From Archangium sp. (GTDB lineage Bacteria > Myxococcota > Myxococcia > Myxococcales > Myxococcaceae), in NCBI GenBank assembly GCA_031367385.1, contig JANLPS010000358.1, forward strand, positions 12,976 through 76,975: a stretch of DNA of 64,000 nucleotides, written 5' to 3'. Under the pieces are notes generated by a model. That model did not search any database, was not told the origin of the DNA, and saw only the letters and a program-made list of their open reading frames with translations. The position numbers and the translations under genes are program-made. Positions 11,501-19,186 of the stretch are shown piece by piece (position 1 is the first letter of the stretch; the number at the start of each line of letters is the position of its first letter).

Positions 11501-11706
11501 CTCCTCGCGCTGCGCTGTTCAACCCCGCGACCGGCAGCTACGTCTCGGTGCTCAAGCTCGAAGGGGCGGGCCCCTTGAGCGACCTGGTGGTGGCCGCCAA
11601 CAAGCTGTGGTTCGCACCGACCAGGTCGACGGGCGCCCCGGAGTCGGTCGATGTTCGCGGCGCAAACTATCGCGGCGTCATTCACGGGTGGAGGCGGGTG
11701 CGATGA
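5581..11706 (+). CDS. pilY1: PilY1-like type IV pilus tip adhesin (split vWA domain, Cys-rich insertion, CBM-like module, C-terminal PilC beta-propeller)
   Basis: Signal peptide; MIDAS IIFDTSRS; TPLYGSL, VLLVTDG, VKTYVIGFG; propeller motifs GREAWGLVP, VDG, DWRT, MRGGG..I.A.DVTD, LGYTYSSP.IG, YIGTG, GEKV...P.L..G.V.FATYVP, SYLYAFDP.TG. Directly upstream of the minor pilins. ATG 5581 follows GAGG. Confidence 0.88.
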   Translation: MNASKLVHCQAKMLLLLTGVIAGSAWGQLNNASQIPGLGAGIQPKVMIIFDTSRSMQHMPQSNLNDPSVLYNWPAIDYFNDAGNYRYLNNDFDPVAPSSECLNRFCIAKRVLYTLLPAYSNDVQLGLAGYYQYRTAYTVPAGTSACVYDVLAAPGESVTFSSSVAGLNGSFYTPPGVAQSCRTVFSDGGVDPLAQYRITSVTNMGGTVVNCSVYSNIGAGPYAPGVKTELTAAGCNNSAVVTYSPSGPPSATYGSGVSAMTSTMWVATSNPAYCTTPGNPFRYAPRAGFFTDFTVGPTAFSSPGVPNMFLGTSPTVASPAAGGVIWSGQAPGCSFAAPCDLETTGAAALPDARRSVRVFYTDAGSGDITVGTIVYSPDGGATFELHGQTGALADGGCEYAPGIAATLGTDYYKNTGTMADWGFPRYSCAYGGVGCRVRFAGTTSLGPVTYFGATTDGNRYTWASPGGAPRYPCDVTGSLVNGSWARGSSYAPDVDARGPGVTCPDVNGLTSAAIGGQPVNGTAGYCTPGTPCDLQAGRPYLKPDPALHLSPLAAPGALRDAGFGPYDHPTIQLTSYVQTCPGPAVAGSWFDDDGTIFASGNAGWVSPEGHNGNGCELSGHCHMTFDNRDNAAGGGPPAQRHRSGSIPNYSANGGTYSYSGASVLTSDKWEVALLAGRCAASLTLNSNEVLPSGFVCSATEPCELGNATEVCRDPDGFGLMTCPSGSDVAALHRCQYTSSDFLYTAPNFGVCKYTRYQSQYGTDWCAYELHSWTPVAPPSGCDHYRTFCNYDATAYPYSYDDPVSYCQVTGSSRPWSGTTPRTYLYSYLTKGGEYIGRKDLTQDVRFAATAPLATRNWCDAASPFPYSAFSSACPAAITATNNSSYWGDATCAGGRECLLRVRGNAGPDFPTARASYFKPSAIVPEVLNPAAPLCLAPDRPGGETTQFDPAPFMPNADGGSADSLPPTTLACPLNLYSGWWQQCPTNFTGLVPGNYTLTVSAYQDAAGPADATMALYVAPAGSPDWAYVNVGTYAVSNGAPDQPLYTANITVTGTSLSVRPAFTNDWYCGSCTPADRNLFVRKVSLSRAPTNFCAGFGRLSPTRVNLRSDWYDPGQPSNVPPYVDFSTQQTVRNSGWSYADGGSDIFVPMASNNLGPVQQALGRCARPTNLTSPAAGGLCLSDLSTCGTGSQPCQSNDAGLPDFTPLYGSLDNALSYMRDQLSTDDGSYACRDYYVLLVTDGLESTPKHYSQSDLNTLVTSLRTTTTSVPAPRTKDVKTYVIGFGAGLTGDGGLTDVDIIARAGGTALKVNPNPTSLYDAFLFDNVNGKALAATDQAQLGQALNWVFSTISAGRFARSRPVLSSSGGRLYQGYFERGVTDGGTSPELKGNVVAFELSVTGALTRKWDYQTKLDNQATRDVRAALSTGDGGVRLVNFVAANNDVTATMDSLWGTTDAGVGVVAFIRNDSLGTGADETYAPVVVPRRTRAGPVMFSAPTIVGPGRTEWRSGYGGNATEASQTSYQGFFDAWVGRPQRVLFGSGDGLWRGVAEGNTCADESSLACANGREAWGLVPPEALRSLQTIRQGGALPVVDGTTTAADVCWPSVGSNAADCGAGDWRTIAISAMRGGGRGILAADVTDGGYPTPMWTFSGNSDDDHLGYTYSSPAIGRITIDGSGTKRWVAFMAGGLNDDGAGHDGNSFFIFDLQKGKPKIGVSAGHNDTSWSVSGDGTSFTGKTALFRPVNPPSVDVRAAYFGGTDGYLYDVRLKLDSFEPDRDWKPEVFFAPRCTAGTCGGADRARDDAKQYPGLSANTPLWTINKTTGLQGTTGCTLPLGDLSALCTRYNVSPKFMNRPTLATASDPSLQRPDVYIGTGDAIDVSSVAPSEQNFLFAIHDTARPDATRNTSSSVNPSKRSRNDHYGQAMWAYALDVGEKVLGEPALIGGSVIFATYVPVGNGCTVLGDSYLYAFDPVTGAPRAALFNPATGSYVSVLKLEGAGPLSDLVVAANKLWFAPTRSTGAPESVDVRGANYRGVIHGWRRVR

Positions 11707-12257
11707 GCCAGCCTGCCCGCCACCACCGTGCGGGCTTCACGATGCTCGAGATGATGGTGGTCATTGCCATCATCGGCGTCTTGGCGGGGCTGGCCATCGT
11801 GAACCTGACCAGCCTCAATGGCACCGCCAAGGCCAACGGCGAGGCCGAGGTCATCGCTCAGATGATTCGGGTGACGCGCATGCAGGCGATTTCAACCGGC
11901 TGCGGTCATGTCTTTCGGTACCGGGGTCTCGAGTACGCTGGTGCTGACAAGGGCACGCTCACCGTGTACCGAAAGAAGACCGTGTCATGCGTGCTCGGAG
12001 CGCCCACAGACTTGGTCTTCGGTGCCGGCGACCTCGTGGTGAATAGCCACCAACTCAGCACGGGCATGGTGGTGGTGGCCGGGGCTGACTTGAAAGACAA
12101 GAGCGTCGAGCTTGGCTTCAACGCCAATGGCACCACGGTCTCGGGGGCCGATGGCAGCGCCTGGGCGTTAGTGCCCTTCGTGGTGAGCAGCCTTCAGAAT
12201 GACCGCTACACCCGCACCGTCGCGTTTCTTGGGGGCTCGAATGTCACGCTTCAATAG
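11703..12257 (+). CDS. fimU: FimU/FimT (GspH-like) minor pilin
   Basis: Prepilin site G/FTMLEMMVVIAII; R..AI motif; ATGA overlap with the pilY1 stop. Confidence 0.8.
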   Translation: MSQPARHHRAGFTMLEMMVVIAIIGVLAGLAIVNLTSLNGTAKANGEAEVIAQMIRVTRMQAISTGCGHVFRYRGLEYAGADKGTLTVYRKKTVSCVLGAPTDLVFGAGDLVVNSHQLSTGMVVVAGADLKDKSVELGFNANGTTVSGADGSAWALVPFVVSSLQNDRYTRTVAFLGGSNVTLQ

Positions 12258-12657
12258 GGGCGCGACGCTCGTCGAGGTGCTGGTCGCGGCGGCGGTACTG
12301 GCGATCGGCCTCTCGGCCATCGCGGCGGTGCTGACCCAGACCTCGCTCAGCTCGCGAACGGGGTTGCGCAAGGGCGAAGTCGCGTTGGCCGGAGCCAGCA
12401 CGCTCGACGACTGGTCATGCCGCGGGTACGCCAACTTGAGCGAGGGCCTCTACGACGCCGGCACCGTCTTTTCGGCGCAAGGCGTACCCCTCTACGAGCA
12501 AACGATGACGGTCACCTCCTTGGCCGATGCTGGTGTGTCAGGGTACCGGCTGCAGCTCGACGTCTCGTGGAATGACGTGACCTTTGGCGCCAGCCAGGCA
12601 GTCAAGCAGTGGCAGCGCTACGAGACCATCGTCACCGGAGGCTTCGATGGCGGGTAA
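12241..12657 (+). CDS. pilV: PilV-like minor pilin
   Basis: RG/ATLVEVLVAAAVLAIG; short length; V.W near the C-terminus; position in the cluster. Confidence 0.75.
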   Translation: MSRFNRGATLVEVLVAAAVLAIGLSAIAAVLTQTSLSSRTGLRKGEVALAGASTLDDWSCRGYANLSEGLYDAGTVFSAQGVPLYEQTMTVTSLADAGVSGYRLQLDVSWNDVTFGASQAVKQWQRYETIVTGGFDGG

Positions 12658-13753
12658 GCGACGCGGAGCTCGGGGCTTGACGCTCATCGAGTTGTTGGTG
12701 GTGGCGGCCATCTCGAGCATCTTGGTCGTCGCAGCGGCGGCGATGCTTGCCACCGCGCTCGAGCAACGCACAGGCCTTCGCAAACGAATGGACCGCCTGA
12801 CCGACGCGTTCTCGACCTTGACGCTGCTCGAGGGCAGCGCGGCGAACGTGGGAGACCACTTCCCTTCGTCGCGCTTCGGGTTTCGACTCTTCAACAATGT
12901 GCAAGCGGGCGACTCGTACGGGGGCCTGGGGGTCGGCGCGGGCTGTTCGACCGGCTACTGCGTGGTGCCGCAAACCGATGTCATCGAGACCGTTCAAGGC
13001 ACGCCCGGCCCCTTTTGGACCGTGGCGGTCGACTCTGGGCCCGACGGCGGCGTGCTCGAGGCGCCGCTGGTCAGCGGAGCGGGCGGCTTGCCGACGGGAG
13101 ACGTGAGCCCGCATGTGTTCTTGGCGACAGACGCGTTCGGTCACAGCTGCCTTGGGAGCGGCGAGCTCAACCTCACCGGCAACATCATCTATTGGGTGCC
13201 GATGGACCGTGATTGGGTCACGCAGTCACTGTCGTATTACGAGCCGACTGCGTCTGCTCCGCGAAACTACCGTTGCCCCGCCAAAGACATGATCGTGGCC
13301 GTCGCCCAAAGACGCAGACACTACCTGGTGCTGACCCAAGCAGATGGCGGCTCGATGGGCCTCTATACGCACGACGCCGACCCCGACGGGGTGTTCTCGG
13401 CCAGCGCGGGGGTGTCTGTGCTGGGCCTCAACGTCGACAATATGCAGGTCGCGCCCATCGTTCGAAACGACGACGCTGGTTTCACGGCCAGGTGCAGCAT
13501 GGGGGCGTGCGTGTGCAACCGCGGCGGCAGCTGCGTGCTTGACGGGGGCAACACCGACGACGAATTCGTGGTGTCAGACTTCGTGGTGGGCGCCCAGGTG
13601 AGCATCAGCGTTCAAGGCGATCACGCACAGCGGGTGAGCGCTCCGGTCACCCGGCCAGCGTTGGGCGACGAGAGCCTGGGCGCCGACGACATCGTGAGGT
13701 TGAGCGAAACGCAGTCGTTCATGTTTCGAAATTTCTCTCAGGTGATGAAATGA
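12647..13753 (+). CDS. pilW: PilW-like minor pilin
   Basis: RG/LTLIELLVV; ~368 aa; NVDNMQV near the C-terminus; GGAGG RBS. Confidence 0.75.
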   Translation: MAGKRRGARGLTLIELLVVAAISSILVVAAAAMLATALEQRTGLRKRMDRLTDAFSTLTLLEGSAANVGDHFPSSRFGFRLFNNVQAGDSYGGLGVGAGCSTGYCVVPQTDVIETVQGTPGPFWTVAVDSGPDGGVLEAPLVSGAGGLPTGDVSPHVFLATDAFGHSCLGSGELNLTGNIIYWVPMDRDWVTQSLSYYEPTASAPRNYRCPAKDMIVAVAQRRRHYLVLTQADGGSMGLYTHDADPDGVFSASAGVSVLGLNVDNMQVAPIVRNDDAGFTARCSMGACVCNRGGSCVLDGGNTDDEFVVSDFVVGAQVSISVQGDHAQRVSAPVTRPALGDESLGADDIVRLSETQSFMFRNFSQVMK

Positions 13754-14334
13754 ACTCAGAGCGTCGGCGCCGCGGGTATGTGCTGCTGTTCGTGCTGTTG
13801 GTCTTGATGGTGCTGACCGTGGCAGTCGCTGCGTTGTACTCGTCGACCAGCAACACGCTCTATGCCACGCAGGCGATGACCCGTCAGAAGTTGGCCTCGA
13901 CGCGGGCCGACCTGGGCGCCCAAGTGGCCATTTCGTACCTTAAGCGAGGGTCGACCGCGGCGGGCTCGGTGATTGACCCGGTGGCCAACTTTCAGAACGT
14001 CTGCACGGGCCCGGTCGACTCGGTGCTGCACCCTGGCAACTGCGCGGCCACCGACATTCTGGTCGGCAGCGCAGAGGGCGGCGTCGGTAACAATTACGCC
14101 GCCGGTGACGGTTGGCGGTACCGCTACTGGGTGTACCGCCGAAAGCCGCTGCTGCCTGACGGCGGCGAGTCGAGCGAAGTCGCTGCGCGCAACCTGCTCA
14201 CCGTCTACGCGGAGGGGTACTTCGGGCGTGGAGACGCTGGCAGCGTCAGCTTCGGCGTCGCGGCAGTCGAAGCCGACGTGATGATGGGCATGGGTGGTGC
14301 CGGTGCCGGGTCGGGCGTCAGGTACGAGTACTGA
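13750..14334 (+). CDS. pilX: PilX-like minor pilin
   Basis: RRRG/YVLLFVLLVL lacks Glu5, as is typical of PilX/GspK; A...A..G...A helix; ATGA overlap. Confidence 0.75.
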   Translation: MNSERRRRGYVLLFVLLVLMVLTVAVAALYSSTSNTLYATQAMTRQKLASTRADLGAQVAISYLKRGSTAAGSVIDPVANFQNVCTGPVDSVLHPGNCAATDILVGSAEGGVGNNYAAGDGWRYRYWVYRRKPLLPDGGESSEVAARNLLTVYAEGYFGRGDAGSVSFGVAAVEADVMMGMGGAGAGSGVRYEY

Positions 14335-14378
14335 AGGCTCTCTCGCAACACCCGTGACCCGTGGTAACCCAGTGCGCC

Positions 14379-16328
14379 ATGCGGCTCCGGGCGATTGGCA
14401 TGGTGTGGTGTCTCGTCGTATCAGCCTGCGCCGCCACGAGCTCGAGCGCCATCTGTGACCCCGCGAAGTGCGCCGGCTGCTGCAGCGGCAACGCCTGCGT
14501 GCTCTTCGCTTCGCAGACCAACGAGCTGTGCGGCTCGACCGCCGAGTGCACCAGCTGCGCGAGCGACCTCTCGTGCCAACAGGGCCTGTGCACGCCCGCC
14601 AACACCTGCGCCACCAACAACGGCGATTGCGACGCGCACGCCACCTGTTCGCCACCCCCCGCGGCCGTGAAGTGCGCCTGCACCACCGGCTTCGTCGGAG
14701 ACGGCCAGCACTGCGCCCCCGTGGTCAGCACCCTGCGCGCCAGCCCCGGCGTGCTCTCGCCCGCGTTTCGCCCCGACCTCACGACCTACCTCGTCATCGT
14801 GCCGCCCGACACGACGACGGTGCAGCTCGCCGCCAGCAGCGTCACGCCAGGCGCCACCATGGCTTTCAACGGCACCGGCAACCCGATGGTGACGCTCGCC
14901 CCCACTGGCGTGACCAGCGTCACCGTCACCGCGCTGGTCGGCACCACCCGCAGCGTGCCGTACCAGGTGCAGGTTCACCGCTCGACCACCAGCCTGGCCG
15001 AGCGCGCCTTCGTCAAGGCGTCGAACACCCACGCCGACCTGCGCTTCGGCCGATCAATCGCGCTCTCGGCTGACGGCCTGGTGCTCGCGGTCGGCGCGAG
15101 CGGTGACTCCAGCAATGCCACTGGCATCAACGGCTCGACCACTGACACCAGCGCGCCTCGCAGCGGCGCGGTCGCCATCTACCGCCGCGCCAGCAATACC
15201 GGCGCCTGGTCACAAGAAGCCTTCGTGAAGTCGTCGAACACCGAGACCGCCGATGCATTCGGCTGGGCCGTCGCTTTGTCGAGCGACGGGTCAACGCTCG
15301 CCGTCAGCGCTCCAGGAGAAGACGGGCCCACCAACGGCGCCACCGACTCGGGAGCGGTCTACGTCTTTCGCCACGGCACCAGCTGGGCGCAAGAAGCGCT
15401 GCTGCGCTCGTCGAATGCAGAGACGGGTGATGGCTTCGGCTGGGGTCTCGCGCTCTCGGCCGACGGAGCCACCCTGGTCGCCAGCGCTCCCTTCGAAGAC
15501 GGCGCGGGCAATGCCCTCGAGTCGAGTGGCGCGGCGTTCGTGTTCACTCGCGCTGGCACCGCGTGGTCAGAGCAGGCGCTGTTGCGGGCGATGACTCCCG
15601 CGCGCAACCTGCTCTTTGGCCGCGCTGTGGCGATCAGCGCCGATGCGTTGACGATCGCCGTCGCGTCGCCCACCGAGGCGCTCGGCGGGGTGGTGACGCT
15701 GTTCAAAGGCCCCGCGAGAGTGCCTGATGGCCAGGTGCGCGGCGCCAACACCCTCGAAGACGACCACTTCGGTGCCTCGCTGGCGCTCTCTGGCGATGGG
15801 TTGCTGTTGGCGGTCGGAGCCCCCACCGAATCAACCTTGGCGGTTGGCGTGAACCCGGCTGCGACGACGGTCACCGCGTCAGCGAGCGGCGCGGTGTACC
15901 TGCTGCGACGGGGCGCCTCGGGCTGGGCGCAAGAAGCCTTCGTCAAGGCCACCAACACCCATGACGGTGACGTCTTCGGCACCAGCGTCGCGCTCTCGGC
16001 TGACGGAGCGGTGTTGGCCGTTGGCGCTCCGGGAGAAGACTCCGAATCGCGCGGCATCGAGGGCAACCAATCGACCTTGCTCGCGGCCGACAGTGGCGCG
16101 GTGTTTCTGTACCGAGGTCAAGGCGGCGTCTGGGTTCGCAGCGCGTACGTGAAGGCCAGCAACGCCGACGCCGCCGACGTGTTCGGCACTTCTGTCGCGC
16201 TGTCGTCGAACGGCGCACGGCTTGTCGCAACTTCACCGGGCGATGATTCGTCGGCGAACGGCCTCGACGGTGACGCGGCGAACAATGACGCGGCCGAGAG
16301 CGGCGCGTGCTTCGTGTTCGACGAGTAG
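14379..16328 (+). CDS. Lipoprotein with Cys-rich/EGF-like, cadherin-like beta-sandwich and FG-GAP (integrin-alpha-like) repeats
   Basis: Lipobox VSAC; EGF-like C...NGDCDAHATC...CACTTGFVGDGQHC; LSPAF.P..T.Y; repeated VKASNT...D.FG.SVALS.DG..LAVGAP.E...SGAVY. Confidence 0.88.
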   Translation: MRLRAIGMVWCLVVSACAATSSSAICDPAKCAGCCSGNACVLFASQTNELCGSTAECTSCASDLSCQQGLCTPANTCATNNGDCDAHATCSPPPAAVKCACTTGFVGDGQHCAPVVSTLRASPGVLSPAFRPDLTTYLVIVPPDTTTVQLAASSVTPGATMAFNGTGNPMVTLAPTGVTSVTVTALVGTTRSVPYQVQVHRSTTSLAERAFVKASNTHADLRFGRSIALSADGLVLAVGASGDSSNATGINGSTTDTSAPRSGAVAIYRRASNTGAWSQEAFVKSSNTETADAFGWAVALSSDGSTLAVSAPGEDGPTNGATDSGAVYVFRHGTSWAQEALLRSSNAETGDGFGWGLALSADGATLVASAPFEDGAGNALESSGAAFVFTRAGTAWSEQALLRAMTPARNLLFGRAVAISADALTIAVASPTEALGGVVTLFKGPARVPDGQVRGANTLEDDHFGASLALSGDGLLLAVGAPTESTLAVGVNPAATTVTASASGAVYLLRRGASGWAQEAFVKATNTHDGDVFGTSVALSADGAVLAVGAPGEDSESRGIEGNQSTLLAADSGAVFLYRGQGGVWVRSAYVKASNADAADVFGTSVALSSNGARLVATSPGDDSSANGLDGDAANNDAAESGACFVFDE

Positions 16329-16421
16329 TCGCGCTGTCGTCAAATGTCGCGCGACGTGTCGCACTCTCGGGGCGACGACGCGGCGATAGAGAGGGCGCCC
16401 GCGTGTTTCGTGTTCGACGTG
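16328..16421 (+). repeat. Degenerate duplicate of the 3' end (16194-16323) of the FG-GAP gene
   Basis: gtcgcgctgtcgtc...gtcgca...gacgcggc...gcgtg(c/t)ttcgtgttcgacg occurs in both copies, with indels. Confidence 0.75.
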
Positions 16422-16442
16422 CAAATCGGGTATGCCGCGCCG

Positions 16443-17780
16443 ATGCGTTTCTTTCTTCTGTGTTTGGGGCTGTGTGCCCTCGTGCTGGTGAGCTGCGGCC
16501 CCACGTCGACCCTCTGCGCCGACACCTGTCTTGGCTGCTGCGATGTCACCGGGCAGTGCCAGTTCGGCAACACCGTCAGCGCCTGCGGCCTCAAGGGCTC
16601 GACCTGCTCGGCGTGCACGGGCTCGCAATCGTGCTCGGTGGGGGCTTGCCTGTCACCGGGCGCTGGTTCGAACGACGCCGGCAGAGTGACGACTGACAGC
16701 GGTGTGCTGCCCTCGGTCGATGCCGGTGGCTCGTCGGGCGCCGATTCGGGCACGAGCGAATCCGCTGACTCGGGCGCGCAGGGCCATGACTCCGGCGTGC
16801 CGCTCACCGACTCCGGCGTGCAGACACGCGACTCGGGCGTGCCGCCCAATGACTCCGGAGTGCCGATGGACTCGGGCGTGCAAGTCGACTCCGGCGTCGC
16901 GACTGACGCAGGCCGCGCCGATGCTGGAGTGCCCAGCGACATCGCCAGCGCACGAGCGGCCGATTTCCCCGCGTATGTCTCGCTCAAGGGCGTGGTGGTC
17001 AGCGCGGTGTACTTCGCGGCGCCCTCGCAATCGACGGGCGACGACTGTGCCGACACGGGCACCAAGGGCGTCAACGCGAGCTTCTGGGTCGTCGACCCGA
17101 GCCACCCGAAAGACGGCCTGTTCGTGACCAAATTTCGCTGCGACGTGCCCTCTGACTACTCGCCAACGGTCGGAGACGTGCTCGACCTCACCGGCTACGT
17201 CGGCCGAGAGGTGCCGTACGCCGACCGCGAGGCGTACCGGGTCGAGCTCAAAGACCAGTACGACTTTCTCGTGACGAAGCCGGCGACGTGCACGCTCCAA
17301 TCGACTCCGCCGTGTACGCCGTTGGCCATCGTGAAACAGGGCACGGCGTCTCCACCGACTGGGTACCCGGCCTTTTCGGTGCTGGGCGAGCTGCAAGCGC
17401 GGCCCGACCTGCTCGGTGCGCGAATTACGCTCTCGGGTGCGCTGTACATCTCTTCGGCGACGCCCCTGGCGCTCAAGCGCACCTCGGCGCTCCCGAATGA
17501 TCAGCACTATTACGGCTTTCAATTGCCGACCGGAGCACTGATCAACGACTCCCATACGCGCGCCCTGGGCTGCGACTACCGTGCGCAGGCCCTCGACGGC
17601 GGGGGCCTGGTCACCTTCACCAGCATCACCGGCGTGTGGGACACCTACTCGAATGCGCCCTGCGCCGATGGCGGCGTGGCGGGTATCTGCTTTCGAAACG
17701 CAGGCTTCGTGCCTGGCACCGACGCCGGGTACACCCACGTGCTCTACCCAATCACCTGCGCCGACTACGTCTCACCGTGA
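16443..17780 (+). CDS. Cys-rich lipoprotein with DSG/DAG linker and OB-fold-like C-terminal domain
   Basis: Lipobox LVSC; C.GCC...GQC..G.T..ACG..G..C module; V.L.GVVV...FWV.D...GLFV...PTVGDVLDLTG. Confidence 0.75.
   Translation: MRFFLLCLGLCALVLVSCGPTSTLCADTCLGCCDVTGQCQFGNTVSACGLKGSTCSACTGSQSCSVGACLSPGAGSNDAGRVTTDSGVLPSVDAGGSSGADSGTSESADSGAQGHDSGVPLTDSGVQTRDSGVPPNDSGVPMDSGVQVDSGVATDAGRADAGVPSDIASARAADFPAYVSLKGVVVSAVYFAAPSQSTGDDCADTGTKGVNASFWVVDPSHPKDGLFVTKFRCDVPSDYSPTVGDVLDLTGYVGREVPYADREAYRVELKDQYDFLVTKPATCTLQSTPPCTPLAIVKQGTASPPTGYPAFSVLGELQARPDLLGARITLSGALYISSATPLALKRTSALPNDQHYYGFQLPTGALINDSHTRALGCDYRAQALDGGGLVTFTSITGVWDTYSNAPCADGGVAGICFRNAGFVPGTDAGYTHVLYPITCADYVSP
16672..16935 (+). repeat. 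Imperfect coding repeat (DSGV/DAG units)
   Basis: Repeated gactc(c/g)ggcgtg encoding DSGV. Confidence 0.85.
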
Positions 17781-19171
17781 GCACCGGCTTCACCCTCAGT
17801 GGGTTGTCGGTGCGGTTTCTCGAGCCCGATGCGCTGCCCAAAGGCCTCGGCGCCGGCACGCTCACCCCGGGCAAAGCCTTCTTGCGGCACTTCGACGCGG
17901 CGCAGTTCGGCCCCGCGCTGGCGGCGACGGCGCAGACGGGTGCGCTGAGCGAGGTCTCGGCATGTGCGCTGGGTGATGCGGTGCTGCAGCTGGGAGCCCC
18001 AGGCGGGTTTCTCGACGCGAGCGGGCTCGAGGTGCAGGCGCTGCGTGAGTCGTTCATCGCGGTGGCGACCCAGGCGTTGCGTGACCGGGCGCTGGCCGAA
18101 AAGTTGTTCGAAGGTGGCGTCATCGATCGCCTCGGCTCGCCTCGACACTTTCTGGGTGCCCTGCCGGTACGGGTGATTTCGCGGCAGGTGACGCGTGAAT
18201 CGCTCGCCGCGGCGAGGTCGATGATCTCCGGCGGGTGGGACGCGGACTTGCTGCACGTGCTCGAGAGCGCGGGGCTGCGGGCCGCGGCCGATCACGCCGA
18301 GGACTTGCTCGTTCTGGTGCCCGTGTGGGAGCGCGCGCTTGAGGCGCCGACGCCGGCCGAGCCGCGTGCCCCAAGTGAGCTCAGCGCGCGGCTGCGTGAG
18401 GCGATCGCACAGGGAGTGACCGACATCGTCATCGACGACGGAGCCGATGACATCGCTCGCCAGTGGCTGACCGAGCAGCAGCTGACCGAGCTCAACGCGA
18501 CCCGGTTGTTGGTGACCAGCTTCACGCTGGGCGAGCTTGGGCGGGTGCGGCTCACGGCGACGATCGAGCGCGGGCAGTTGCGCCTCACGCTGCGGCCGGG
18601 TGGGCACATGACCCCGAAGTTGAACCGGCTGCCACTCGAAGTGGCGAGCGCGCTGACTGACGTGAAGTCGGGGCTGGTGGTGCTGGCCGGTGCGCCTGCC
18701 TCGGGTCGATCGAGCACCTTCGCGGCGGTGATGGAGCACTTCGCGCGCAGCGGGCGAACCTGTCTGACGCTCGAGCAACCAGCGTTTTTTTCACTCCTCG
18801 GGGTGCGGCAGGTCGAGCTCGAGGTTGATCAATCACTGGCGGTGTTTCGGCAAAGCGCGCGGTTGTTGCCGGTCGAGGTGATTGGCATCGACCTGGTCGA
18901 CGACGAGGCCGGAGTCGACGCAGCGCTCGAAGCGGCGGCCGATGGGCGGTTGGTGGTGGTCGTGATGCGGGCGATGTCTCTCGCCGCGACGGTGCTTCGT
19001 CTGACCGAACTCGATGCGAAATGGCACCGGCGGCGGCTCGCTGAGCACTTGTCGCTCGTGGTCTGTCAGTCGCGTGGCGAGGCCACCTCGCTCGTACCAA
19101 GCCAGGCCCTGCGCCGGCATCTCCGCTCTCAATCGACACCGCCGCCGCCGATACTGCTCGAGCCGGAGTGA
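17777..19171 (+). CDS. Degenerate PilT/PilU-like (T2SS/T4P) ATPase-fold protein with an unknown N-terminal domain
   Basis: GLVVLAGAPASGRSST (Walker A variant), TLEQP (cf. TIEDP), EVIGIDLVDD (cf. DVILVGEMRD), ALEAAADGRLV, L..VVCQ; GTGA overlap with the upstream stop. Confidence 0.7.
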   Translation: MSTGFTLSGLSVRFLEPDALPKGLGAGTLTPGKAFLRHFDAAQFGPALAATAQTGALSEVSACALGDAVLQLGAPGGFLDASGLEVQALRESFIAVATQALRDRALAEKLFEGGVIDRLGSPRHFLGALPVRVISRQVTRESLAAARSMISGGWDADLLHVLESAGLRAAADHAEDLLVLVPVWERALEAPTPAEPRAPSELSARLREAIAQGVTDIVIDDGADDIARQWLTEQQLTELNATRLLVTSFTLGELGRVRLTATIERGQLRLTLRPGGHMTPKLNRLPLEVASALTDVKSGLVVLAGAPASGRSSTFAAVMEHFARSGRTCLTLEQPAFFSLLGVRQVELEVDQSLAVFRQSARLLPVEVIGIDLVDDEAGVDAALEAAADGRLVVVVMRAMSLAATVLRLTELDAKWHRRRLAEHLSLVVCQSRGEATSLVPSQALRRHLRSQSTPPPPILLEPE

Positions 19172-19186
19172 TCAGAGCCCGGCTGA

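Noticed and set aside
16194..16421. Diversity-generating retroelement VR/TR pair
   Set aside because: Differences are not adenine-specific and include indels; no reverse transcriptase is in the window.
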